Shown here piece after piece: positions 50,761 to 63,843 of a stretch of DNA of 64,000 nt (its first letter is position 1; each line of letters opens with the position of its first letter). Under the pieces are notes generated by a model, which saw nothing but the letters and a program-made list of their open reading frames with translations, searched no databases and was not told the origin of the DNA. This DNA is from Callorhinchus milii (taxonomy: Eukaryota), in assembly GCF_018977255.1 (NCBI RefSeq), contig NW_024704767.1, forward strand, positions 3,782,001-3,846,000, read 5' to 3'. The translations under genes were made by a program, and so were the position numbers.

Positions 50761-52724
50761 TCACCGTCAGACTCAATCGCTGCAGATCCTGTCAAAGTTT
50801 ACAGAAGTTGTAGAGAAATATGGAGTGAATTTACATTTTCATAGTGACTTAGCACGTCAAAATATTTACGGTCATTAAGGTCAAGTTTAGCGATTATTTT
50901 TACAGGCAAACGTGGCAGGACTTTACACACAAGGTACCAAATGTGTATTTATTCCTACAAATCAGCATTGTGTATGTGTGTGGGATGGGGGCAGTGTGGG
51001 GGCGCAGGGGTGGGGTGGTGCTGGTGAAAAGAGTAGCTTTAGAATATTTGACTATGATATAATCTACATTATTTTGAACAATGTTACAATATCTATTGTA
51101 ACATGGAATGAAGACAGGAAACAGAATTTATGCACTCTCCAGCTGATTACATTTTAAAGGTACAAAATAATATAGAAGTACTTTATTAACCTTCAGCAAT
51201 AATCTCTTTTCCTTTAATATCCAGTTGCTAGGACACCAAAGTAGTATTCCGTGATTTAACCTCCAGGAGCATCATGTGCTCTACTTTTGCTGAAACATTT
51301 AAGCAGCTGAAACAGGTCAGGATGAGGAGATAACTTCATGAATTACAAGAGTTATTGTTTAATGTGGCTTACAAAGCCATGCCAGTGTTAATTGTGGTTC
51401 ATTTATAAATGTACAATGGAGTAAAGCTTAGGCACATACTCTTTTAAAATCTCTGTGGACGTTCTGCTCTGTTTGCTCAATGTATCAAATTAGCTGAGGT
51501 GTATGGGGCTACTCTGATCCATTTGCTAACTTCAGCAAAATTGTCACTCTTTGATTATAATGTAGTTTTTACCTATAACTTAAATTTATTCATTGCAGTT
51601 ATTTATAAATCCACAATGGCAAGTCACAACGTTAGCAAATAGAACAGAATAGTCCAGCTTATACGAACACCAAAAGTTACATTCTATGAACATAACTCCC
51701 TATATTCTCTGCTTACCACAGTTTGTGGCCAAATGATCTTTTCAAGTTGTTTTTATCAGATAGAGATGTGCATTGTCTCTTACAGTAAGTGAAAGGGCCA
51801 TTATATATCTTTTCATTGGCAACAACCAATTGTTTCTAAATTGGTATCAATTTAGAAATACAACAATGTGATACAGTTCATCTACTCTCTGCCTTGTTAC
51901 ACAGGTGTTAATCGATAAGGTAGCTGAAGGTGCTATTTCCCTTTCTGATATGCAACAACAGCCATGTAGTCATACCATGAAAACAGAGTGGACATTTCAC
52001 CTTCAGACTGGTCCAAATTTACCCATGTAAAATGAGTCCACATTGCTGTAGCACAATATGAATTCCACGTATAAGCATATACTCTATCTAGTTTTCTGCA
52101 GGGTTGAAGAGAATATCTTTTGTGGCCCACATGTCCTGTAGATATTTAAGTGTGAAATTTGTGCTGTGAAGTGCAATGTAGCAACGTTGATGATATGCAT
52201 TTAATGATGGGAAATGTCACTCCCTTAAAAATCTCGATAACATGTTTAACTGATATTTACACGTTTTAGATTTTTGAGCGAAATTGGGAGTTCTTTAACT
52301 GGACCGCAACCTTGATTTCTAAAGAATTAATGTGACAGAAAGTTTTGCATCCCTTAAAATACTTATCTTGGCTTTATCTAGTTGACTACAGCTGAAGATT
52401 TTCTCTGAAGTAGTAGCAAGGGCTGCACATCCTTCTGATTTCCCTGGCATCCTCATGCAGTGCTGTTCAGAATTGAAACTCGTGATATGGGGAAGTAAAA
52501 CACTTCAGCCCTTTTGTGCAGACTCTGGCTGGGTCAGATCCAAATTGATGTGGAATCAAAATAACCTTGAAATTAAAAAGTAGGAAACTGGGCACGAAGG
52601 GAGCATAATGAAATAAATGTAACCTGCCAAGAAATATTGTATATAAAGAATGTCAACATTTATGAACAGTTTTCTGTTGGATTTTTTTGGTGTGTTCAAG
52701 AAGGAAACATGAATCTAAAAAAAA

Positions 52725-52869
52725 ATTCTGGCATTTCATAAAGTGCCTTTCATGTCAGGAGGGCATCTCAAAGCACATCACAGGGAATTACTATAATGTG
52801 TAGTGACTGTATTTTGTAGGAGAACAAGGCAGCCAATTTGCCTAAAGCAATGTCCCACAAACAGCCAAT
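52725..52869 (-). mobile_element. Deu-SINE 3' part
   Basis: TTTCATGTCAGGAGGGCATCTCAAAGCA..GGCAGCCAATTTGC..AGCAATGTCCCACAAACAGCC. Confidence 0.85.
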
Positions 52870-53736
52870 TCAAATAAACACAGTGCATTGCTGGCATTTT
52901 GAATAGCTTTCTTTGGAGAATCTGAGCTATCTTATCACTCAGTTGTGTTTTGCAGCTGAATATTTTCTATTTCTGGAATATCTTTGCCCTTTCTATTTAA
53001 AAAACTTTTTTTTCCTTTCCTTATCTTCCAAATGATTTACATTGCACTTAAACTTATTCCGATACTGGCTTATTGCAATAGTACAAACTTTAAAGGCAAA
53101 CTATTTTTTTCTGAAAAGCTAGGTCATTATGTATGCATTAATCCTTTATCCTAAATTTCTTTCACACTGTGTCAAACCAACATTTCCATCACCTAATATC
53201 TATTAAGAACAGTTTTCTATAATAGCACAGTGGTACGGATTGCAAGATGGAAGGGTGAGAGAGTCTCAATGGTAAAAACATTTATGTACTCATTCAAGCA
53301 GATTGAGATTTTACATTGAGATGCGAATGAATGGAGATCTCAAATTTTACATCCTGAAATGGTTTGAACTCTCCATTCATTTCTTTTTAATCCCCATTCT
53401 AAGAGATGTTCAAGTTTCTCTTCTATACAGACTGCATTCACACAGAACACATAAAGGCACTCCATTTAAACAGACAGGCAAGATTTTCCAGTATTGGAAA
53501 CATTCATTGGCCACTGGAAAATCCTTCACACCTCACATATCTGTTGGAGCCAATTCCAAATCTGGTTCAATTTGTGTACATATATGCATGAATCAATTGG
53601 CATTCACGTCCAAACAAAGGTTCCACGAGCCCAGTCTTTTGTATTGCCTGCCTAGTCAAGATTGGTGAGCTCTGTTGAATATTAACAAAGTAATTTGGTG
53701 GAAAGTGATGGAAACAGGTCACTGATATCTTCCAGC

Positions 53737-53859
53737 TAATAATAATAATAATAATAATCCTTGCATTTGATTTGGCGCTTTTCACGTCGGGAGGACGTCG
53801 CAAAGCGCTTCACAGAACACACTGTAAAGTGAATTGACTGTATATTTGTGGGCGAACGC
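53737..53859 (-). mobile_element. Young-type SINE 3' ~120 bp
   Basis: Nearly identical to 48286-48403. Confidence 0.9.
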
Positions 53860-54960
53860 CTTTAGATTTAGATCACACCTTCTGTGTGTAAATGAAGGAA
53901 CAGTGTAGACCATAGTTCTGGAGAATCAATAGCTCATACAATTTGAAGTCAACCTACATGCTGGCTGTAGAAGGTTGCACGTCAAGCAATTTGCAAAGTG
54001 AACAAGGGAAGAGGAAGATTTCTTTTTAAATCTATCATTTTTTTCCCATATTTCACTGTGGTGGAGATAGATGTATTATTTGTTGGAAAACATTTGGTTG
54101 AGTGCAGCTCAATTCAAATTTGCCCCTTTTTATGACTACTTGCAAAAATTGTCAGAAACTCCATCGAACGAATGTTGCACAATTATAGCATGTGAAAGAC
54201 AAAGTTCATATGGCGAAGGCCCATTAGCAAAACATTATGGACCTTTTAATGTGCAGCTGTAACAACAAAATATGAAACTAAATCACAAGTAGAGAGGAAC
54301 CATTTCCCCTGCGTTGATTTGGACAATATTGATTGCAAAAATGAGCAACTTTTATTACAGATTTTAACACAGAGTGTTTTTGATATGAAAGAATTCTGTT
54401 ATTTTAGAACAGAATTGCAGATACATCTTTTTAGTTAGTTCTCTGCATTGGTATGTATAGATTGTTTCTGTGATTGTTTCATAAAAAAGTCTGAAGTACA
54501 TCATAGATGCAAAACCCACCCCCCTCCCACCCAGTTCCCTTGTGTCATTTTAATGCTTCAAGGTTGAATATTTATAATTCAAGAGATTTGATCTAAGATT
54601 TTCTTTCTTCTATTTGGGGACACATGTCTTTCAGTCCCAGGGCTATGGGCCAGAAATTAATAACTAGCTCTCAAAGATGGATCTGGTCCTGTGGAGTCTA
54701 ACATGAGAAGCAAAACTGTACGCTGCTTCATCAGAATGACGTGGTGATGTGAACTAATCTGATACACGCAAGATGAAGGAAATCCATATTTCATATGCAC
54801 TTTAAAAGAAACAATGCAAAAGGATATTGGAAAGAGTGAGGAACTGGAATTATACATTGCTGCAGTGGAGGAATTAATATCACAGTGGATTAAATGAACA
54901 AAATGCCTCATTCTTGGCTCTAGTTGTCTATGATTTTGTTATCTACTTGGAAATCAAGTC

Positions 54961-54995
54961 AGCCTGGCTCAGTTGGTAGGATTGGTGGCACTCTC
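54961..54995 (+). mobile_element. tRNA-type SINE head fragment
   Basis: TGGCTCAGTTGGTAG..GCACTCT A-box with no following body. Confidence 0.4.
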
Positions 54996-55797
54996 TGCTG
55001 CTATTTGTTATAGGAACCACAAGTGATTTAATTCTAATCTAAACTTTAATTCTAAACTTCCCTTGTCTTTGTAATAGAAACAAAGGAGCAATGCGTTGAT
55101 ATGTACTTTTAAAAAACATTGGAAGGAAACAGAACAAAACAAGTGATTTTTTTTCATATTTAATTTTTTTGCCACCCATTAGAATACCAGGATTTTTTAA
55201 AAAAATCACAATTTGCATTTGTAAATGATTTATAGCCAACAACCCACAGAAAGACAGAAAGTAATTACCATTAGGGTTATTCTGGCTAAATGCAAGTCTA
55301 TGTGTTAAAAATGACCAGTGATCAGAGATAATCCCATTGTTAAATAGTTCTAATTATTATTTGCTATGCGAGAAATTGTTTCGAACACTGAACAATATGG
55401 CCAGGCCTTTGAAACAAAGAAAAAAAATGTTGATTCCAGGTAGGAAATGTACTCCCTGCTGTGCCATATTTTCAGAGAACTCAACAAACCTTCAGAGAAT
55501 GACACGCCAGTGCAGCTTGAGGGAGTACAGAGAACCTCCCAATGCTCCCGTGTATTCTCCAGTTTACTTGAGGATTCTGTTTGATGTAGCATTGACATCT
55601 GTTCAGTCTTTTTTACTGCATTGGTAAGTTGGGATCAGTCCATCCTCGCTTGCTGTTCAGAACCAGAGTCACAAATTCTTGACTTTTCTCCAGCTAATTT
55701 GAAACACTGACATGAAACAGCACCCACCCTCCCCAGCACAATTTTGTTGTCTCCAGACCCTCCAACTTCCATCCCTACTCTGTCAGGGATTGGAGTT

Positions 55798-55834
55798 GGG
55801 GGGCGCTATACAAATGTAATTTTGTATTGTATTG
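55798..55834 (+). mobile_element. L2 3' tail with (TTGTA)n
   Basis: GGGCGCTATACAAATGTAATTTTGTATTGTATTG. Confidence 0.6.
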
Positions 55835-56465
55835 TTTGTTCAACCACACAGAGGTCACTAAAGGATTTCAATCTTTTTTTATTATTATCCAGCTCAAGTC
55901 GAAAAATGTTTAGGCACAGAAACAGGAAGAAAAAAGCAGGTAGAAGATATATTAGATGCCTAGAGATCTTTGGAATCCAAATACAGTCCTTTTGATATCC
56001 AATGTTTAGATATTATAGATATCATCTAAAAAAAGTTTGCTTAAGCTTTCCTTCATTTTGCCATGTCCATCTTTTTAGCACTTTTCTTTACTACAAAACT
56101 GATAGCTGACTGCTATCAGGAGATGGTAGAAGTGCAATTGCCTGTATTATTTATTTTAATATATTCATTTAGTTCATGACGGTTTTATTGATCAGCGCAC
56201 GGACCCATTATTGTGTTCTACAAAACATAAGACCAATCTTTGTCTTACAGGATCAGTGTAACTCATCTGCCTGTGGAGTGATACTATATAATGTGGCAAG
56301 TAGGGAGGATTGAAAGCTAAACAGGTGAAATTGTAAACTGTCGACATTGGAATTGATCTTAAGGTCCCTTGCAGTCAGTCCCTGTCTGGTCATCACCAGA
56401 GATAAGCGATTATTTTGCTATCGTGTGCCAAACCCAAACAAAAAGATTGCAAAATAGCATGTGTT

Positions 56466-56512
56466 GATTTTCCATTTGATATAGTGGCTTTCACATTGGG
56501 AGGACATCTCAG
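56466..56512 (-). mobile_element. SINE/L2 tail
   Basis: CATTTGATATAGTGGCTTTCACATTGGGAGGACATCTCA. Confidence 0.7.
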
Positions 56513-58256
56513 ATGATTTGTATTTGTTTCAAATGGTATACACAGTAGTTCTCAGAATCTTTTTTCCTTAACAAAGAATCATTGTAGAATCTCTAGTAAT
56601 CTGTGGAAACTCATCCTTATAAGTATACTGAGTCAGAGTTGAGTTCCTTGTGGGTTAGTGTGATATAGTCGAGGTTACTGGCTTGCATTCTTATCAAGAA
56701 ATCCCATTAAGAAATTTAGGGTTTTAAAGTAAACTTAATTTTGGAGTTCTTTTTTAAATTAATTATCCAGGTGTCCTATCTGATGATTATGTCTATTTTG
56801 TAGAAAAACAGCTCTTCAAAGAGACTTATTGTGGAATGTCTTTGTTGTAGTTCCACAAGGCTTGATGGGTAGAACTTACAAAAATAACTGTGTTATGCTT
56901 TCAATACTCAGGAGCTCACAGCATTGCTTTTCATGCTACATTCATGCTGTTTGTTTCTACCAGGTAAAAATTAATTCTTCTCATTTTTGGTTTGAAAGTA
57001 ATGATTGACCTCTCTTCTCAGTGCTCCAGTTCTTGGCTCCAAGTCACAAAAAAAAGTGGGGGACAGGACAGAGTAGGGGGGATGGGGGGTGGGGTACACA
57101 CAATACCATTAGGCAAGTTAGGAAATCCATATCTCTCTGGCAGTGGGAATGAGACTTTCATTAATGTTTCAATAATAATGATACATGCATCTAAGCCATA
57201 TTGATAATCGTTGGCTGCTTTCTGGGGATTGAGCCAAGTGATTAAAAGACTTAATACTTAATCGCTTTTTCATCTGGAGAAATATTTTCGCAGTACTTAC
57301 CCCTTCCAGTAACTAGTTCATTTAATTTTTTGCCATACTGTTAATACAGTGACATTTATTTTTACTGTAACATAAGTGTGATTCAGGTTCAACAGGCTAA
57401 GTTGAGGCAGAGTTAATGGGAGGCTGGATGTATGGTTACATTCACAAACACCGTTTTAGTTTCTAATAATAAAATTCTACTCTGTTAATCCCAAAACAAT
57501 GGAGTATGTGGTTCCTAGACCTGTTAGTTTCTTTTGAAGATGAAGCCAAACATTGGTATTTCATTTCAACCTTTGCCAATATAAATGGGTCCATAATAGG
57601 CATGAAACAAAAATAAACATTTAACCTTAGCTGCATCTTGTTTAGTTGAAATGACCCTGGCACTTTCTTCAAAACAAATTTATCTCTCACTAGTTGCAGA
57701 ATTAAGTTTGATTTCCTTATGTTGATCCAGCAGGATTTGGTGTGGGTTCTCCCTTGAGGTTTAGGGTATTTTTATAAAGTATTTCCAAATGCTGCTCTGG
57801 AATTAACCTTGGTTGAAAAATGCTTGGTGTTCCAACAGGTGGAAACACTTAAGCTGAGCCTCTCTCTTTCATGAGTCAAGGAAAGAACATTCCACGACTG
57901 GTAAAGCACCATTGCAATCCAGCATAGAGACTGTATCGACTTTCTTTAGGAGGCAAAGGTGCATTAAGATGTGCAAAATGCATACCATCCAACTTTCTTT
58001 ATTATTGAAGCAAACAGGCAATGTCGATGGCTGGGAGTGAATTAGAAGATGGGAACTCAATCAATCCGTTAATTGCCTGAAGCAAAGCTCAAATACACCA
58101 TTTAAAACTTTTGGTCGTGTTTTAACTTTGTAAATCACACCCAGGTGTTAGAATTTACGGGAAGTGTTATAGCATTTTCTATTTCATCAGAGCAATGTTT
58201 TACCATGTTAAAAGATACCGACCAACAAAAATATAACCTGGAACAGAATATGTCCT

Positions 58257-58270
58257 GTTTCTATGGCAAC
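58257..58270. promoter_or_regulatory. Candidate RFX X-box
   Basis: GTTTCTATGGCAAC fits the 14-bp X-box consensus GTTNCYATGGCAAC. Motif match only. Confidence 0.4.
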
Positions 58271-58930
58271 TCATGCCCAAGTGTTCAGTGACAGACTCCA
58301 GTTCTGTAGAGAATTTCTGCATAGAGTGAAAGACTTATTGTACTGTGCACTTCCAAAGAGGCAATATGCTTTATAAATTCATTCAGTTCTCTTCATGCAT
58401 TAAATGCTGGATCCGGTGATTTTTAAAAATTGTGTGGAAGCATTTCTCAATTAAATTGCAATATACAGAGCAACTTGCTTCCGTGTGTTAAGAGTGCTTT
58501 TCTTCAACTCTCCTCCCAGCCACTGAAACTGGCTCATGGCTGGCAATGGGAGAGGGCTTCAAGAAAATATTTGCAACAACCTAAAAAATGTATCCTAAAA
58601 AATACTCTATATTTTGCACTAATATACATGCTTTGTACCCTGGGGATTCTACTCTCAAATTGCAAATCACAACAACTCATGGGTTATTACGTGCAGTCAC
58701 AAATAAAATGGCAATTTCTTCATCGTTGCTCGCATAGCATTTTGGGTGTCTTTTATTCCCAAGATATTTTGCTACACGTTTACATGTTATGTATTTTAAA
58801 GTACTTTTAAGAACAGAAGTTTATTACCATAAACTTTGCACCTATTATCCATATGAATTGGTATGCATTTCCTAACTGATCTGTTACAATTTTCATGTTG
58901 TAATAGAACAAATTCATTTGAGCTACAGTG

Positions 58931-58983
58931 AGAACAACAACAAATTGCATTTATGTAGCACCTTTCACATTGGGAGGACGTCC
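58931..58983 (-). mobile_element. L2 3' tail
   Basis: (AAC)nATTGCATTTATGTAGCACCTTTCACATTGGGAGGACGTCC. Confidence 0.75.
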
Positions 58984-59208
58984 AGTATTTGTTTGCTGCT
59001 TTGCGGTGCTGGGAGACAGATCTTCCTGTGGAACTGGAGTTCAAGTTAATAGCCTTAAGAAACATACCTCAAGCATATACCAATGTATTCTTTGCGCTCT
59101 TGTTAACTGTGACTTCACACAGTCCAAACCACAAAATAGTCAGCAAGGGATGTTTTTAATTGATGGGTGTGGTTTGCAGGATGTCATAAGGCCACCTCCA
59201 CTCTCAAA

Positions 59209-59717
59209 TTGATCCTAGCAAGTCTCTAAAGGTTGGCACGGAGGAACGGAAAAGAAACTCTTAAATTCAGCAAATGCCGATAATGAGCTATCATTACTCA
59301 AATTACTCAGAACACTGATTAGGTTTTAAGTAATGAAGAGGCCAACATGATCAATCATAATCTAGCCTTAGCTTGTCAATATACATTGAAAGGTTAGGCG
59401 GTGCATACATGTCTAAGCAACGTCAGCAAAAATAAATCTTTCTGTCTGTTTGCAGGGGCACTGTGAAGCTCTGTATACTCCAGGATTGATCCTATAAGGT
59501 CCCTAAAGGTTGACTAGTAGGAGAGCATAAAAAAAACTCTTAAACTTGGCAAATGCCGATAATGAGCTTTCATTACTTAAATTGCTCTGAACACTGATTA
59601 GGTTTTATCAGGCGAAGACGGCGACATGATCAATCATAATGCAGCCTCAGGTTGTCGATGTACATCCAAAGGTTAGCCAATTCTAACAGCCTCTGCCAGT
59701 GTCAGCAAAAATTAGTC
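59209..59717. repeat. Diverged tandem duplication: two ~230-bp copies (59209-59438, 59486-59717), period 279
   Basis: Core 74 bp match at 67/74, and 184 bp align without indels. Confidence 0.95.
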
Positions 59718-61092
59718 ATACTGATCATAAGTTGGCATTCGTCCCCCCGAGAAAATTAGTGAACGATTGAAATACTAGGTCTAAGAAACGTTACTTCAAT
59801 TTTTAAAAAATCAGCTGATCACATAGGTGCAAGGACCACAACTTTGTGCCTTGAAAATAATAAATTCAGGATGCTTGTTATATGCCAACAAGCATGTCAG
59901 TTCTCCAGCGAATGGGTCGTCTGAAAATAAAGCAACGAGATGCGAGCCAAAATGATTCCAGAGTTTGTAATTGCTTATTCCGCTACGTCTGATTTTTTAA
60001 AAAAATAACCTTTCCTCTTTGTAAACGGATAACCATTTAAATTAAAATTGGATTGTTTTATGCCCCTCTTGTCCTTGAGCGATGAAAATGTAAACTTTCT
60101 TCTCATTTAAAAGCTGCAGATTCAATCTTCTTTTTGTCCACTGCCCATTTGAATAAGTCGACAGAGCCATAGCACTCTCCGGTTTTATTGTTTGACTTGA
60201 CAGTAATAATACTCGAGCTGAAATTGTACATGCATTCACTAATTTAGTGATTATTTACATGGCAGCAGGCCGAAATGTTAGCAAACAGATGCTCCCATAA
60301 AAGAGAAATGGAATAAAGGCATTCACTGCATTGTTGAATATTATTTTATACCTTTTTTGTGTCATAAGTGGGCCATTGCACCCTTCCATTTCCCTGCACA
60401 TTTATAATTCATGCTCTGTAATAGCTCCAAATATTTTTTTGGGCGAAACTCAATGTTTGCCAGTTCGAGCTGACAAAACGCTGAGCACGAAATGCACACA
60501 TGGTGAGGTGACAGGGAGCTGACCCCAGGCTTCTATGCAGCAGCAGTGACACACTTTTCTGTTATTCTTGTACAATACAAATTCATATCTGTGCAAAAAT
60601 CCTGTAAACCTGCTTTCTTGACTGTGGATTTAGCAAGCAATACAACTCTTATAATAATTTCATTGCTAGGATTAATTAAAACACCCAGCTGCACAGGTCC
60701 CCCCCAACCATTACTTTTTGACAGTCGCACTGTCCCACTTGCTGCCTCGACCGGCTCTGGGGATCTCCAGTCTTCTCATGCACGTTTAACAGTACTCACA
60801 GCTAAACTGCAAATAAATAATTTTTATGCCCAGGAAGTCAAATGAATGCATTTTCCCCGTGATGAAATAATAAAGTGCGACAATAAATAGAATTTCAAAT
60901 AATACTCCTAAATAATAAAAGACGCAGGTGTTCATCAGCTGTTAACCACTTCTGCCATGACTTCTGTTTCCCCTCCTCAACCATTTTTGTGTCTATTTGT
61001 TATTTGGCTGTTCTGGACTGAAAGCCTTCAAATCAATTCTCATCAGGGTCTGTATTTTTTAAGCTGCTGTATCTTACAGAATATGTCCTATC

Positions 61093-61210
61093 CTATTCAC
61101 CCATAGAAATACATCGCATCACTTTACAATTAATCCTTCAAGTGCTTTGAGACATCCTCCTGACATGAAAGGTGTTACAGCATATGTAAAGATTATTGTT
61201 ATTATTATTA
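61093..61210 (+). mobile_element. SINE 3' ~115 bp, degraded
   Basis: AAGTGCTTTGAGACATCCTCCTGACATGAAAGGTG..AAAGATTATTGTTATTATTATTA. Confidence 0.75.
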
Positions 61211-63392
61211 CCACTGCTTCAATTAAATTAATAGACACAAGGTGAAGGTGATGAAATTCACCCGTTTCTATAGGTCAGGATCAGAAGCCAAATCTGATTC
61301 AGTGGAAGTATTGAAGTTATACCATAGTTAGTTTGATATGTAAGTAGCACTGCTCTATGTAGCAAACATTCTTTAAAAAATGCAGTAGCTTTATAAGCAA
61401 ATACAAAACTACAATAACAATTAAAAATGAAGTTTCACCAGGCTACAATTTCATCTGTTCCATTGTAATGAGGGTAACAGATTCTGATTTTGAAATCTAA
61501 AGTATGATGAAAAATCCACTCCCTAACTTAAAGATGAAATAAACTTTAAGCAGATTGAGCCCTATTTAAATGGGAAGGAATCAAAAGCAATTTCTATTGT
61601 ATGAGCCAAATGTGTATTGCCCATTTCATTCAGATCCTGAGTGTTTGCAGGTTTTCTTGTTACTTGTGTTTTATATGTGGTTTCTGAATAATTACTGCTC
61701 GGTGCAATCAGCTTTTGGAGTTTGCCTTCAGACTTCGCCACTGAAGTAATGCCAGGAGAAACTGACATTACTGCTTACTGGCACGTTCAGTATCCTCTCC
61801 AGGAATAAAGCAAACTTCACCCTAATGGGCTAGCTAAAGCTTTGTTTGGCTTTATTCAGTGGCCTGATATACGAATCGTGTAGTAATTCGAACTGGCTTT
61901 ATTCCAGACACACTGGCCAGCAGTCAGGAAAATAAATTGATAAAGGGTGTTCTGGAGATCTTTCTTTCAACAATCAATGCATCATCTTGTGAAAGAATGA
62001 ATTTAACGAGAACAAAGCATGATGCATGATGGTTCCTTATCTCTTATGGTCATTGGTAAGTTTCTCTTGATGCCAATTATGCCTGAGCAATTTTTCAGAG
62101 GTGCAATCATACATTATGAGCAGACACATCCCTAAGAGTCTATGCAGACTATGCTTAGAGAGAAAAAAAATCACATTCCACTTAAACTGCTCTTTGGTGA
62201 GGAATCCAACAATTCAGATCTTCCACTGATGAGCAATTTCAAATTGTGTAATTTCTTAATGAGGACTCTTCACAAATGAGAATCCTTTCCTATAATCCAA
62301 AAGGCATTATGCAGATGCTTAGGAATATGTTCTAACTCAAGTCAATTTTCAGAGCTGAAGTAGATAGGTTAATGCAATGTTCCTTGTTAGGTATTCTCCA
62401 TTTGAAATCACCTTATTTTAGGCTCAATTATTCACAGACTATTTAGACTTAGACGAATTCATGTTGTTTTGGAAGCATTAGATAGATCTTAAGTTACCTC
62501 AGCTGGGACTATTTTCTCAAATAGCAATGCCATTTAGAATTCATCATAAACTGGCTGCAAACTAACTTGAACCGTGAAATTTGATCAGACTCTGTCCCAT
62601 CAACAATAAAATTGATGCACCAAAAAAGCCTTTGAAATTCACCATAAAAAATGTAGGATTTGTCCACAGAGCTGAATCTCACTGGAATCACTGTTTATGA
62701 TTCATAGAAAAGAGGATTGTTCCTGAGTTTTGGCCAACTACATTGGATTGACATCTCTTAGATATTCACTCGGAGCATGAACATTGGGTTCTAAGTCTGA
62801 CCCAGCTTGTACAGATCGAATGCTGTCCTAATGCAACATGGTCTTAGAGGAGTGGAGACTATCCAGGAACCCTTGGTATTTGCCTAAAAGGTGAATATCT
62901 CACACATTTCTATTGTTTTCTTAAAAGCATAATGGCAACAGGATTATAAACGTACTCTATAATTTAGGTGCAGGATTGAATTTTATCATAACTTCTCAAT
63001 GGAGAGAATGGAAAATATTGCCTCTTTAGAACATCTGTCTGCCTTCTAGATGTCTGATCTGTTGATACACAGAGATTCCCCATTTACTATCAACCTAGTT
63101 AGAATAAATAGGCACTTTATCAAGTTCCATCTAAATGGTCTCAATTGTGTGTAAACTGGGCAATACCATTTACATTTAACAATCTGTTAAATAAATTGTA
63201 CTATTCCTCCTCTTGATTATCCTCTGCTTCCTGGTTTCTCTTTCAGCAACATCTGCAGCTCAATTCCTTGGCCACTCCTACAAATGTGTCAATGTGAAAG
63301 GACTCAATCCCTGTAAACTGGCCACATTTTCGCAATGCTAGCCACTTTTTCAGTGATCCTTGAGTAATAGATTTCATAACACATGGAATCAT

Positions 63393-63438
63393 ATTGAGAC
63401 GTCTCCCCGATATGAAGGGCACAATATGATTATTATCA
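63393..63438 (+). mobile_element. SINE/L2 tail
   Basis: TTGAGACGTCTCCCCGATATGAAGGGCAC..GATTATTAT. Confidence 0.55.
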
Positions 63439-63754
63439 TTCGGTTAGCTTCAAAATCAGCCAATTCTCAATTGATTTTAAGATTGCACAAGTTGTATCAA
63501 CAGCAAAGTAAACCACTTATTTTGATGATATATACCAGATCATTGAAAGCAAGAAAGAACCCCTACCACAGATGCTGTAAAAAAGATTATTGCCTATTTA
63601 TCATAGTGTTTTTCCACTGTACATATGGATGGTAACAGCTTACCAGATATATTAGAGCAGAAAAGCTTGGCATGTGATCTAGATCCTGCAATGTATAAAA
63701 ATGCACTAATAAATGCTGAGAGAACATAAACACAGCGCAAATTAAATATCTGAA

Positions 63755-63843
63755 ATAAACAAAACAGAAATATGTGGAACTCGACAAGGTCAATCAGGAT
63801 AGAAAGAGTAAAATAGGTTAACAAGGCCCTTCATCAGAACTGG
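63755..63843 (+). mobile_element. Fragment of a common shark repeat terminus (Penelope-like)
   Basis: AAAACAGAAATATGTGGAACTC..AGGTCA..GTTAAC..CCCTTCATCAGAACTGG resembles a recalled chondrichthyan repeat end. Family uncertain. Confidence 0.4.

Noticed and set aside
54680-54900. RTE-like LINE C-terminus (also ~4100-4370)
   Set aside because: Resemblance too faint to support without a translated search.
59341-59700. Protein-coding repeat (period 279 = 93 codons; MYIDNLRLHYD / MYIDKLRLDYD with third-position changes on the minus strand)
   Set aside because: In-frame TGA/TAA stops are conserved in both copies and no frame stays open across the unit. The 3-periodicity covers only ~30 bp. A PhyloCSF check would still be worthwhile.
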